Origin: Azolla caroliniana
Lineage: Eukaryota > Plantae > Polypodiophyta
NCBI GenBank assembly: GCA_043228905.1
Contig: JBHGNT010000018.1
Coordinates: 4,154,001-4,218,000, forward strand
Direction of reading: 5' to 3'
Length of the DNA stretch: 64,000 nucleotides
Below the pieces are notes generated by a model. That model was not told the DNA's origin. It saw only the letters and a list, made by a program, of their open reading frames with translations, and ran no database searches. Position numbers and translations under genes: made by a program. This document shows, one piece after another, positions 38,671 through 50,900 of this stretch. Positions within the stretch are counted from its first letter, which is position 1, and every line of letters begins with the position of its first letter.

Positions 38671-40676
38671 AGAGAGAGAGAGAGATAGATTATATTATCG
38701 TCTTCGGAGGTCAAATATGACCTATGAGACTAAAAATATTACATTTCACATGATACGTGTGATAGTGAGTAGTGACTCTCGATGTTCAAGAACTTTACCA
38801 ATGACTGTTGCAATCGAGAGTGCACATTGTGGTTGTGCGAGGAATTCATGCAAGGATTGGGCTCGATCGAACAAGATGTGGAAAGCATGGTCGAATATAA
38901 TCAAAGGCAGAGCATTGTATCAAAGTGTGATACTCAGACTCGCGAATTTGTTTAGGGCAAAGTGTGCATAGCCGACCATTCTCATCACTTGTGCCCCAAC
39001 ACCCTGTCTCACATCACAATGCATGTGAGCTAAGTCGCATGGAAGCAATGGTTCAAATGGTAGATAACTGTATGGGCTCTGACATGTATCGATGTGTAAG
39101 GTTTCTCCATTCCGCAAAGAATATGGTTTTGTAGTTAGGTGCAACATGTGTAGTATAATGTGTGAAGCGTGAGCCTCCACATTTGTCCCATGTCATGATA
39201 CATTGGCTTTGCAAAAAGGCCTCATTTATAGACAAATCTAGTGATGCATCATGAAGCAAGTGTCTCGCATCCCATCTACCAAACCATTTTTCTATATCTT
39301 GCTTCCAACCGGAACACAAAATTTTGCTTTTATGCGTCTTTTGGATCTTTTTGCTTGCTTCCCATGCAATTCTAGGAAGTCGATCTGAAGGACTTTTTTG
39401 AACCTAAAGCATGTATTCAACAACCCTTTCCATGCCCATGATCTCAATGGGAAGCGATCCCGTCTCAAGAAGGAGGAGAGTGTAGGGAGTTTGTTTCTTA
39501 ACTTGTAGAAACTTTGTAAGAAAATGTTTTTGGACAAACTCTTTCCACATAGATTTAGGGATGCTACCGCCCCATACTTCCACCCCATAGAGAAGAACTG
39601 GTGTCACCAAAGTGTCGAAAAGATATTTCTTGAGGACCCAACACTTAATATCTCCAAGATTGCACGTGTTCTCAAATGCATAGTATGCTCACTTACCCGC
39701 CTCTAAGCGGCATGTAGCACATTCATTCCATCTATGATTTGAAGGAACTTCAAGGCCAAGATATTTGAAGCTTTCCACACATTCAAGTGGCTCACTGTTG
39801 TACATAATGCATGGTTTATCTCTTTTTTGGCTTTTCACAAGCGTAATCTTCATTTTAGATCTATTGACACTTAATTTAATATGCATGCAAAAAATTTCCA
39901 ATGCCTTCATAAGCTTTTGTGCATCTCCTAAAGTATTTGCAAAAGACACAACATCATCTGCATATAGCAAAAGCATAATCACAACATTCCCAATGGCAAC
40001 TTCTTCAACACATTCTTCCTTTGCAAACATGGTAACCATTTCTTCCAATTCATCAATGCATAGACCAAATAGTGTTGGTGAGAGTGGGCATCCTTGCTTA
40101 ACACCAATAGTGCTTTTGAAAAAATCTGAAAGTTTATCTCTCATACGCACACAACATATAACCTTCTCATAAATTTGGGAAATTGCAAGCATATTTTCAC
40201 TTGGCACCTCAAGTTCTTCTATTCGCCTCCAAAGATGCTCACGAGGTACCATATCAAAAGCTTTCTTGAAGTCTACAAAGAAACAATATAAACCTTTACC
40301 TCTAAGGCGACTTTCCTCCATTAATATGCCAATGGTGACAAGGTGATCAATGGTGCTATGGTAATTTCGAAAGCCAGCTTGTCCATAAGCTCTCTTACCA
40401 TTTTTTTCAGCCCATACACTTATCTTTGATTCCATTATACATCCAAATAGTTTTGCCATTAATGAGCCAACCATGATGGTTCGATAGTTGTTTAAATTAT
40501 TTACATCTCCACCTTTATGTAAAGGTTTGATCCAATTTGTAGTCCAATCGTACGGCATACCATGTTGCAATGCATCATTAAACATATCGCTTATCCATAC
40601 ATGTGCTTCCTTTCCCGTCCATTTGAGCATTTCAGCCTTTATACATTGAAGATCATTTGCCTTTCGAGAGGCCAAT

Positions 40677-41277
40677 TGTTGGGAATCGACTCTTCTATTC
40701 ACCTTCTCCGCTCGGCCACAACCGATTAATCGCGGATCAATGGAGCAGAAAATAGGAACCAAAGAGAGAAACACACGAGTACACAGGGATTAACGTGGAA
40801 AACCCTAGATGGGAAAAACCACGGGAGTACTAGGCTCCAAACAACACTATACAAAGAGAAGTATACAATGACGAGCTGCAAGGCGACGACCTTGAGCTCG
40901 CTGTTCTCGCCACAGGCGGCGGAAATACACAGAGGCGTCTACCTCTTCCTCTCTCGCGCTCTATCTCTCTCTCTCTCTCACGGCTGCTCTCTCTTCACTC
41001 CTCTTGAGTGGAAAAACAGAAAAATGAGTAGCAACTATAAAACTGTTTGCCCTAAGTCATATTTATACTTATATGACTTTGGGCTATTTACGACTATAGC
41101 CTCAGGGGCCCATAGCGAACATATTCACGGATATGTCCCTGCATCCGGATCGCTCTCCGGGTACATCCGTCATCCGGCACCGAAGCCGGGGTCTTCGTCA
41201 TCCGGATCCGAAACCGAAACCGGGCTCGTCGGCATTGACATCCGACCATCCCATCCGAAGGGACCGTAATTCCAACA
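40677..41277 (-). repeat. 3' LTR of Copia I
   Basis: TGTTGG...CCAACA; preceded on the - strand by PPT AAGGGGGAG. Confidence 0.96.
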
Positions 41278-41287
41278 AACTCCCCCT

Positions 41288-44200
41288 TCACTTCGGCATG
41301 GGATGTCTTTCCAATCCGATCCTCTTCCGGCATGCTTCCAGCTTGTCGGGTATGAGGACCTTGGTCAGCATATCCGACCCGTTCTCGTCCGTGTGGATCT
41401 TTGTCAGCACGAACTCCTTGTCTTCTATCCTTTCCCGGATCCAGTGATATCTTCGCTGGATGTGCTTCGTCCGGGAGTGATAGGCCGCGTTCTTCGCAAG
41501 GTGGATTGCACTCTGACTGTCGCAGTAGAGTCGGTACTCCTCCTGCTGGATTCCGAGCTCTCTGATGAAGTCCTTCATCCATATTATTTCCTTGCCAGCT
41601 TCAACAGCCGCCATGTACTCCGCCTCCGTGGTTGACAACGCAACCGTCTTCTGCAGCCTCGACTGCCATGAAACAGCTCCCCCTGCATACGTCATCACAT
41701 ACCCTGATGTGGACCGGCTGGTATCTGCATCAGCCAACATATCCGAATCGGTGAAGCCGTCGAGTTCGGGCTTCCCGGAGCCGAATCGGAGGCACACGTT
41801 TGCCGTGCCCTTCAGGTATCGGAGTATCCACTTGGCCGCGTTCCAATGCTCTTTGCCGGGATTGCTCATGTACCGGCTCACCACTCCGACTGCATATCCT
41901 ATGTCCGGTCGGGTACACACCATCGCGTACATCAAGCTCCCGACGGCAGAGGCATATGGCACTTTCATCATATCCTCCTTTTCAGCCTTTGTCTTGGGAC
42001 TTTGCTTGCTGGACAGCTTGCAGTTTGCCGGGAGGGTCGATCCGACCGGTCTTGCTTCCGACATGTTGAACCGGTGAAGCACCTTCGTCACGTACTTCTC
42101 CTGTGACAGCCACAACTGCTTCTTCTTCCGGTCCCGGATGATATGCATCCCTAGTATTTGTCTCGCCGGACCCAGGTCCTTCATTGAGAAGGTTCGGTGA
42201 AGAGCCTTCTTTAGCATCCGAATCTTGACCCGGTCCCGTCCGACGATCAACATGTCGTCCACGTACAGGAGGAGTATTAGAAGGTCTCCTCCTTCGAACT
42301 TCTTCACAAACACGCAGTGGTCGGACTGCGTTTTGAGGTACCCTTCGTCGGTCATGAAGGAGTCGAATTTCCGGTACCATTGCCGGGGAGCCTGCTTCAG
42401 TCCGTAAAGGCTCTTCTTCAACCGGCATACCAGGTGCTCCTTCCCTTTCTTCTCGAATCCTTCCGGTTGCTGCATGTAGATCTCTTCATCGAGGTCACCG
42501 TGAAGGAATGCCGTCTTCACGTCCATCTGTTCTACCTCGAGGTCCATGCTTGCCGCTATGCTCAGCACCGTCCGGATGGAGGTCATCTTCACTACCGGGG
42601 CAAATATCTCGTCGAAGTCGACGCCCTTCTTCTGCTGAAACCCCTTCACCACGATCCTGGCTTTGTATCTCGGGGGGTTTCCGGCATCTCCTGGTTTCAG
42701 CTTGAACACCCACTTGTTTCGAAGTGCCCGCTTTCCTTTCGGCAACTCCACAAGTTCATATGTGTGGTTCTCATGCAGGGAATCCATCTCGTCCTGCATG
42801 GCACTCAACCACCTACGGCTCTGGGTGTCGTGCTTTGCTTCTTCAAAGCTCTCCGGCTCCCCCTCGTCGGTTAGCAGCACGTGCTCTGGATCCGGAAATC
42901 TCCGGGGGGCCCTCCTCTCTCTTAGAGGATATCTCCGTTCGGGAGCTTCGGTAACCGGTTCTTCCGATTCTTCTTCATCCGAATCCATTTCGGGATCGGG
43001 GCCGGTTCCGGTATCATTTTCGTCTTCTTCGGCCGGTTCGGTTTCTTCACCGTCTTCGGCCAGATCCTCGAGTGCTAACCGGTCCCTTGCCGGTCGGGAC
43101 TGCTCCTCGTAGAGTTGATCCTCACCGGTCGACTTGGAGCTCTTCATCTTCTTCTCCGACTCCCAGTCGGCGAGTGTCTTGTCCTCCATGAAGATGATGT
43201 CTCGACTCCTGAATATCTTCTTGTCGACCGGGTCCCATACTCGGTAGCCGAACTCATCGTCGCCGTAACCGAGGAATATGCATGGCCGGGTCTTCGGATC
43301 TAGCTTTCCTCTCCGGTCCTTTGCCACATGTACGTATGCGAGACACCCGAACACCTTCAGATGCCGGTAGGACACTTCCTTACCGGTCCACACTCTCTGC
43401 GGCGTGTCTCCGTCCAAAGGTACTGAGGGTGATCTATTTATCACATACGTCGCCGTCGACATTGCCTCAGCCCAAAATCCCTTGGGTAATATCGCATGCG
43501 CCAGCATACTCCGGACCCTCTCCATTATGGTCCGGTTCATCCTCTCGGCCAGCCCGTTCAGTTCCGGCGTCTTCGGCACAGTAAACTCGAGTCGGATTCC
43601 CTTCGAGCGACAGTACTCCTGGAACTGCCCCCGGTATTCCCCTCCGTTATCCGCTCGTATCGCTTTCAGCTTCTTGCCGGATTCCCTTTCCACTCTTGCG
43701 TGAAGTTCTTTGAAGACGCACAACACTTGGTCCTTTGTCTTCAACGGTGCCGTCCACAGCTTCCGACTGTAATCATCGATGAACGTTACGAAGTACTGGG
43801 CTCCGCCATGTGACTTTGTTTCTACCTGACACACATCAGTGTGCACCAACTCCAATGGTGCGCTACGTCTCGTCGGTGGCCTTGAGTGGAAGGAGGCTCG
43901 GTTCTGCTTACCGGCCAGGCAGTCGGTGCACTTCTCCAGGTGCACTTGTTTCACTGGAATAAGGTTGTCTTCTGCAAGCCTCTTCATCCCCTTCTCACTC
44001 ATGTGGCACAGTCTCTTGTGCCACAGCTCACCGGCAGTGTCGGCTGCCACGTTCAGCTCCTCCGGACATAGCCGGGAATTCATCAGGTACAGTGTGTTGA
44101 CCTTCCGGGCCCGAGCCACTATCAGGCTCCCTTTGCTGAACTTCATGACACCGTTCCGGATGCTACCCGTGTAGCCTTCATCGTCTAGCCTCCCGGCCGA

Positions 44201-45361
44201 GATCAGGTTCAATCGGACCTCCGGAACGTGTCGGACATCCTTTAGCAGCATTTTGCATCCGGTCGGGGTTGTCAACCACACGTCTCCGATGCCGGCAATC
44301 CGGCACGTACCTTCATTTCCCATCCGAACACAGCCATGCTCACCGGCTGTGTAGGATGAGAAGTATCTTCTCTCCGGGGTCAGGTGGAACGATGCTCCGG
44401 AATCGACCACCCAGGTCGTCTCATCGCCGGCAATGTTTAGTTCACCTTCTTCGGTGATGAGCATGATTTCTTCCTCACTTGCCGCGAGTGCCGTTGTTCC
44501 TTTCCGGTCCTGCCCTCGCCGATCCGAACCTCTCCGGTCCGTGGCTCCCCGGTATGCACCGTTTCTCTCCGGTGACTTCTTCGAATCGGTGTCGTCGGCT
44601 CCGTTGTCTTTTCGGTAATGCCGACAATTCTTTCGGAAGTGCCCCGGCTTCCCACAGTGGAAGCATGTAGGCCTTCCTCTTGACTGCGACCGGGTCCCCG
44701 ACTTCTCCCGTCTTTGCGGACTCCGGTTCCATTGTCTTCCCCGATCCGATTCGGTAAGCAGCGCCTTCGTGTCGGAGGCCGGTTCTTTATCTCTCCGACG
44801 CGCTTCTTCGTTCAAAATACTTGTCTTTACCGTTTGTAAGGACAAGTTATCTTCGGTGCACGAGGTGCTGAGAGTCACCACCAAGTTCTCCCAGCTTTCC
44901 GGCAATGTACACATAAGGATGATGGCTTGCATTGCATCCTCCAACGGGAACTTGATCGCCGCAAGCTGGTTCACGAATCCCATGAACGTGCTTACGTGTT
45001 CCACCATACTCTCGCCGTCCCGGTACTTGAGATTCACTATCTTCCTCATCAGGGAGGTCCGGTTCAACGCATTCTTCCTCTCGTAGAGGCCCGACAGCTT
45101 CTTCCACATCTCATATGCGTTGGTGTCGTTTGCAACATGTTGTAGTACGCTTACATCGACATATTGTCGGATCGTCGCTACGGCTTTCCGGTTCAGGAGC
45201 TTCCACTCCGACTCAAGTACCCCTTTCGGTATTTCCGACCTGTCAATCGGTTCGTACAGGTCCCGAACAATCAGAAGATCCTCCATCTTGATCTTCCAGT
45301 CGGCGTAATTTTGTGCATTTAGCACCATCATCCCCGGCTGCCCGCTGCCGCCGCCTTCCAT
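41288..45361 (-). CDS. Copia Gag-Pol polyprotein (1357 aa)
   Basis: CFHCGKPGHFRKNC, WVVDSGAS, WHKRLCH...CTDC, DDE integrase, MDVKTAF/YVDD RT, RNase H; no stops. Confidence 0.97.
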   Translation of the reverse strand: MEGGGSGQPGMMVLNAQNYADWKIKMEDLLIVRDLYEPIDRSEIPKGVLESEWKLLNRKAVATIRQYVDVSVLQHVANDTNAYEMWKKLSGLYERKNALNRTSLMRKIVNLKYRDGESMVEHVSTFMGFVNQLAAIKFPLEDAMQAIILMCTLPESWENLVVTLSTSCTEDNLSLQTVKTSILNEEARRRDKEPASDTKALLTESDRGRQWNRSPQRREKSGTRSQSRGRPTCFHCGKPGHFRKNCRHYRKDNGADDTDSKKSPERNGAYRGATDRRGSDRRGQDRKGTTALAASEEEIMLITEEGELNIAGDETTWVVDSGASFHLTPERRYFSSYTAGEHGCVRMGNEGTCRIAGIGDVWLTTPTGCKMLLKDVRHVPEVRLNLISAGRLDDEGYTGSIRNGVMKFSKGSLIVARARKVNTLYLMNSRLCPEELNVAADTAGELWHKRLCHMSEKGMKRLAEDNLIPVKQVHLEKCTDCLAGKQNRASFHSRPPTRRSAPLELVHTDVCQVETKSHGGAQYFVTFIDDYSRKLWTAPLKTKDQVLCVFKELHARVERESGKKLKAIRADNGGEYRGQFQEYCRSKGIRLEFTVPKTPELNGLAERMNRTIMERVRSMLAHAILPKGFWAEAMSTATYVINRSPSVPLDGDTPQRVWTGKEVSYRHLKVFGCLAYVHVAKDRRGKLDPKTRPCIFLGYGDDEFGYRVWDPVDKKIFRSRDIIFMEDKTLADWESEKKMKSSKSTGEDQLYEEQSRPARDRLALEDLAEDGEETEPAEEDENDTGTGPDPEMDSDEEESEEPVTEAPERRYPLRERRAPRRFPDPEHVLLTDEGEPESFEEAKHDTQSRRWLSAMQDEMDSLHENHTYELVELPKGKRALRNKWVFKLKPGDAGNPPRYKARIVVKGFQQKKGVDFDEIFAPVVKMTSIRTVLSIAASMDLEVEQMDVKTAFLHGDLDEEIYMQQPEGFEKKGKEHLVCRLKKSLYGLKQAPRQWYRKFDSFMTDEGYLKTQSDHCVFVKKFEGGDLLILLLYVDDMLIVGRDRVKIRMLKKALHRTFSMKDLGPARQILGMHIIRDRKKKQLWLSQEKYVTKVLHRFNMSEARPVGSTLPANCKLSSKQSPKTKAEKEDMMKVPYASAVGSLMYAMVCTRPDIGYAVGVVSRYMSNPGKEHWNAAKWILRYLKGTANVCLRFGSGKPELDGFTDSDMLADADTSRSTSGYVMTYAGGAVSWQSRLQKTVALSTTEAEYMAAVEAGKEIIWMKDFIRELGIQQEEYRLYCDSQSAIHLAKNAAYHSRTKHIQRRYHWIRERIEDKEFVLTKIHTDENGSDMLTKVLIPDKLEACRKRIGLERHPMPK

Positions 45362-45376
45362 TTTCTGCAGCAGTTC

Positions 45377-45388
45377 GCTCTGATACCA
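45377..45388 (-). promoter_or_regulatory. PBS (initiator tRNA-Met) of Copia I
   Basis: TGGTATCAGAGC, 3 nt after the 5' LTR. Confidence 0.93.
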
Positions 45389-45391
45389 GTT

Positions 45392-45992
45392 TGTTGGGAA
45401 TCGACTCTTCTATTCACCTTCTCCGCTCGGCCACAACCGATTAATCGCGGATCAATGGAGCAGAAAATAGGAACCAAAGAGAGAAACACACGAGTACACA
45501 GGGATTAACGTGGAAAACCCTAGATGGGAAAAACCACGGGAGTACTAGGCTCCAAACAACACTATACAAAGAGAAGTATACAATGACGAGCTGCAAGGCG
45601 ACGACCTTGAGCTCGCTGTTCTCGCCACAGGCGGCGGAAATACACAGAGGCGTCTACCTCTTCCTCTCTCGCGCTCTATCTCTCTCTCTCTCTCACGGCT
45701 GCTCTCTCTTCACTCCTCTTGAGTGGAAAAACAGAAAAATGAGTAGCAACTATAAAACTGTTTGCCCTAAGTCATATTTATACTTATATGACTTTGGGCT
45801 ATTTACGACTATAGCCTCAGGGGCCCATAGCGAACATATTCACGGATATGTCCCTGCATCCGGATCGCTCTCCGGGTACATCCGTCATCCGGCACCGAAG
45901 CCGGGGTCTTCGTCATCCGGATCCGAAACCGAAACCGGGCTCGTCGGCATTGACATCCGACCATCCCATCCGAAGGGACCGTAATTCCAACA
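45392..45992 (-). repeat. 5' LTR of Copia I
   Basis: No difference seen versus 40677-41277; the 133-aa incidental ORFs in both LTRs translate identically. Confidence 0.96.
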
Positions 45993-47093
45993 CCAATTTC
46001 TGAAGTCCTATGCATATATCTTCAATTGTAAAGAAGGGAGACATATGTGAGAGAGAACCATAACACATCATCTTTCCGGCAAGAGATAAATCATATAAAT
46101 TCTTACAATGCTTAGACAAGTCGTGAAGAGTTAAGTCACCATAACTCTCAACACGTTTACCCTTTAGATTTCCCCAAAATTTAGCACATGCATATGCTTT
46201 CTCTTGCGTTTGGATAAATTGTTGAATAACTTCCCATATTCTTCTCTTTCTTTGAATAAGCCTTTTATACTCATGCAAATGCTTTTGGTAATTCTCTTTA
46301 TCCTTAACTACATCCAAAACCATAAGGCACTTTCGAGCTTCAAGACATTGTTTATCAAACCATTTTTTCCTAAGTTTCTTGGTGCATTTCCAAGATGTGC
46401 AGTTGGTCAAAAAACATTTGTTTGTACAGGAGAGAATGACTTTCTTGAAAGATTCCCATTTCCATTCTAGTGTGGCACCATGTTGTATCTTTGTCATTTG
46501 TAACATATCTTCAACCATCTCGGAATACATGGGCGCTCGTTTAAGGTTCATGCTCACATGCGGTTGTTTATTATCTTCCATAGCCTTCTCACAATCAAAC
46601 CTATGCATACATTTAAGATCAATACATAAAGGCCTATGATTGGATTCATGTGTCCATTCACCAAGTGAGAATTTATGTATACGATCCAAAATACCTTCGG
46701 AAAGTAGCACATAGTCAATCACACTATTTTCATTGTGTTTTCTACATGTAAAACCATTAGTGTTGGGCCATAAGGAAATACCATTTGCAATAAGCAATCC
46801 CCAAATTGGTCCGGATCTTTTTCGTCGCTAGAAGAGCAGCTATACATTTTCATATCCTCTTGCATCCTTGAGATATGTGGCATGAAAGATTCTTGTGAAT
46901 CAAGTTGGAAACTTCTTGTACGAGCATTCATGTCACCAAAGACAATAACTTCCCCGTTGGATTTGAAATAAGCAATATCATCTTCTAGATTGGCAAAAGG
47001 TTGATCTTTATCCAAACAAGCATAAAAGTTAGAATCATGATGAGGAATGTAACATCCAACTACAAAAGAGAAAGAAAGAGAGAGAGAGAGATT

Positions 47094-47515
47094 GATGTAG
47101 CTCAGTTGGTAAGGTTGCCCAATGGAGACTAGGTGGTCATGGGTTCAACCACTACATTCCATAGTGGCATCTAGTGAAATAGGAGGCATCTATGGAGTAA
47201 TAGAGAGGAGAGAAAGTTGGGTTTTGAAGCTAAGATGTAATGCTAATAGTGTAAACGACTTACCACTAAGGTAAGCTAATTACAATAGAGAGAGAGCCAG
47301 CCAACCTATATAAAGAAGATGAAATGTATTCTCATGTGGAATTTTTGGATATTAGAGCATGTGGGGATCATTTCCTCACATGCATATTCAGGTTTTTTAA
47401 TAACATTACAGAACATCCCTCTCCCTACATAGGCATATGATAGGTAGAGGAGACTAAGAAGTGTTGTAACTAAGTGGATTTTACATACAATTAATATAAT
47501 TGGGTGCTTTTACCA
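47094..47515 (+). repeat. tRNA-headed repeat (SINE-like, or a short solo LTR) bounded by (GA)n
   Basis: A box TAGCTCAGTTGG, B-like GGTTCAACC; first ~83 bp similar to 38585-38670; GA runs at both ends; 3' boundary uncertain. Confidence 0.55.
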
Positions 47516-47949
47516 AGAGAGAGAGAGATCGTGTGTGTGTGCGTGTGTGCGCGCGTGATTATATGAATGTATACCTGTTTGTACAAATGTATGTTTGTAT
47601 AGGATTGAATAAGAGTGTGTATGAATATGTGTATGTGTTTGTGTCATTCTACCTCTAATCCTAAACCTAAACATAACTGGAAATCGAGGGGACCCCAGAA
47701 TCGCACTATTGTTCTTTCTCGATGGGGGGCTCTTTTGTCACATTTGAAAAGGGGAAGTATGAATCTACCTTTTTCTTATAATTTAAAATTGTGTTTTTAT
47801 GCAATTTGTTCTAGTGTGGAATTGTTGTATAAAGTGTGACGGTGATCACTATATGACATGTTTTACAAATTAAATTAATGGCATTACTAAAGCCCTTATT
47901 TGTTGTAATGGGATGTTGCCACACAATATTACATACCCTAACAATGATC

Positions 47950-50900
47950 ATTGCTCTTTCCTTTGATGACACAATGGAAGGTCCACAATGACGTAGAGGC
48001 CATGTCTCCTATTTCAACAAGGAGAATATTGGACGTGAATCATTTGCAAATTTCATAAGAGTAATAGATATCCTCTAGTAGGCGAACTTCAACAAAGAGA
48101 GGAAAACCTTGCACGTTCACATTGCCAAGAACCTAGAACAACCTTTTTTATTACAACATCTCATCAACCTCGTTGGCCAATACAAGGATGCATTCACCTA
48201 GTCTTATGAAATGTGCAAAGATTGGATACCCATTTCATCCAACTTAGATTTTAGCGTAAGAGGGTGCAACATCAATTCACCATCGTTGATGTCACTTGAA
48301 TCTGAATTATGGAGCGACATATTATTAGGATCTCGGTCCCTCCGGATGGGATACGAAGGCCCAGCATCGGAAGACCCGGTGAGAACCGGATGATGTAGAC
48401 CTAGTGAGAACCAGATGACGAGTACCCGGTAAGGAAGACCCGGTGAGAACCAGATGTTGCGGCCCGGTGAGAACCTCTCACCGGATGAAGGGACATATAT
48501 GTAAATATGTTCCAAAGAGCCCACTAGGGCTATATTTGTAAATAGCACAAAAGTCATATTAGTATAAATATGACCTAGGGCAAACTCAATGCATATTATG
48601 ATAGAGTTATGGGTGTAACTTCTGTACAATGTGTAAGAGAGAGAGAGAGAGAGCAATATACAGACATTGTGTCTTTGTTGTAACCGCCGCTAGGCGAAGA
48701 TTGTGAGCAAGAGGTCGTTGCCTCTGTGCTCCCTATTGTATTACTTGACATAGTGATAGTTTGGAGTCTGTGGACTCCCGTGGTTTTTCCCTCTCAGGGT
48801 TTTCCACGTTAATATCATGTGTATTCTCTTTCTGTTTTGTGTACTTACCTCCATTCCCATTTCTTCTGTGTCTGATTGTCATCAAGTGATCTACGCTTCG
48901 GTTGTGGCCGGAGATTATTCCGCATATTTCTCGTCAAAGTGGTATCAGAGCGAAACGACACAGAAAAATGGACGATTCGTTGGGAGGCATGTTCAAGCTC
49001 ACTAGTTCCAACTACTCAGTGTGGAAGTCGAAGATGAGGGACATGCTTGTGGTTAAAGATTTTTGGTTGCCAGTTCAGTTCGGGGACAAGAGACCATACA
49101 AGATCGATGCCACGATATGGGAGTTGATGCACATGAAGACAACGGCGTACATATGGTGCTTCATCAACATGAGCCTATACAACAACTTCAATGAAGAGAG
49201 CAAGGCTCATGAGCTCTGGGAGAAGATCGGCATTATGTTTCAGAACAAAAATGTTGTTAATCAGGTTTCGGTATTTTGGAAGCTAGTAAGACTCTGGTAC
49301 CAAGATGGCTCCAACATGGCGGAGCACATGAATTCCTTCCAGGGGCTGATCCACCAAGGAACATCATTGGAAGTACCTCTCGCCGATGAGGTACTAGCAC
49401 TACTCCTGCTCGGTTCCCTCCCCGATAGCTGGGAAATGTTGGTTGTCACTTTGGGCAACGCCGGGCCGGAAGGGAAAAGGTTATCCCTAGCAAGAGTGAA
49501 GTCGAGCTTGCTAGATGAGGACGTGCGTCGGAAAGACAAGGATACGAGCTCCGACTCCAAAGTGCTCCTTACCGAATCGGAACGCGGAAGACAAAGGAAC
49601 CGTAGTCCCCAGAACCGGGAAAAGTCGGGGACACGGTCAAAGTCAAGGGGGAGGCCTACTTGCTTCTATTGCAGCAAGCCGGGACACTTCCAGAAGAACT
49701 TTCGGCACTTCCGAAAAGACAAGGAAACCAACGGTACCGATTCGAAGCGGACACCGGACCGGAACGGTAAAGACGAGAGGGGACCAGACCGGAAGGGAAC
49801 GACGGCAATCGCGGCAAGTAAAGAAGAGTTGATGCTTATCATCGAGGAGAGTGAGTTGAACCTTGCTGGCGACGAGACAACGTGGGTTGTCAATTCTGGA
49901 GCGTTGTTCCACCTTACCCCGGACCGGAAATGCTTCTCATCCTACACAGCCGGTGATCACGACTGTGTTTGGATGGGGAATGAAGGTACATGCCGAATTG
50001 TCGTCATAGGAGACGTGTGGTTGACAACACCAACCAGATGCAAGCTGTTGTTGAAGGATGTCTGACACATTCCGGAGGTTCGACTGAACCTGATATCAGC
50101 CGGTCGGCTAGATGATGAAGGCTACACGGGTAGCATCCGGAACGGAGTCATGAAATTCAGCAAAGGGAGCCTGATAGTGGCTCGGGCCCGGAAGGTCAAC
50201 ACATTGTACCTGATGAATGCCCGGTTATGCTCGGAAGAAGTGAACGTTGCATCCGACACTGTCAGTGAGCTGTGGCACAAGAGACTGTGTCACATGAGCG
50301 TGAAGGGGATGAAGAGGCTTGTCGATGACAACCTCATTCCGGTGAGGAATGTATATCTTCAAAAGTGCATCGACTGCCTAGCCGGTAAGCAAAACCGGAC
50401 CTCCTTCCGATCAAGGCCACCGATGAGACGTAATGCACCATTGGAGTTGGTGCATACCGATGTGTGTCAAGTGGACACGAAGTCCCATGCCAGAGCGCAG
50501 TACTTCATGACATTCATAGATGACCATAGCATGAGGTTGTGGGCCACACCATTGAAGACGAAGGATCAGGTGTTATCCATCTTCAAGGAGCTCCACGCAA
50601 GAGTGGAAAGAGAAACCGGACGGAAGTTGAAGGCGGTTCGAGCAAATAACGGAGGAGAATACCGGGGGCAGTTCGAGGAGTACTGCCGCTCGAAGGGAAT
50701 CCGGCTCGAATTTACCGTGTCGAAGACGCCGGAACTAAACGGGTTGGCCGAGAGGATGAACCGAACCATAATAGAGAGGGTCCGGAGTATGCTAGCACAT
50801 GCTAAACTACCCAAGACGTTTTGGGCTGAGGCGCTGTCGACAGTGACATATGTGATAAACAGATCACCCTCAGTGCCCTTGGATGGAGACACGCCGCAAA

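Larger units (their letters stand above)
40677..45992 (-). mobile_element. Intact Ty1/Copia element I (Tnt1/Tto1-like), 5316 bp
   Basis: 601-bp LTRs, TSD CCAAT (40672-40676, 45993-45997), tRNA-iMet PBS, PPT, single 1357-aa ORF. Confidence 0.97.
38690..47070 (-). mobile_element. Non-LTR retrotransposon (LINE, APE endonuclease + RT), 5'-truncated, split by Copia I
   Basis: APE motifs GDMNAR, FT, IDY (46000-47015); RT QAGFR, DFKKAFD, GVKQGCPLSP, YADD, FKYLG (39689-40671); frame QKLASRK is restored on removing Copia I. Confidence 0.9.

Noticed and set aside
40868-41269. 133-aa ORF duplicated at 45583-45984
   Set aside because: Lies antisense within the Copia LTRs and crosses a CT microsatellite; no recognisable domain
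41300-45310. Many overlapping antisense and alternative-frame ORFs
   Set aside because: Expected by-product of a GC-rich coding sequence; the same applies to UGT exon 3
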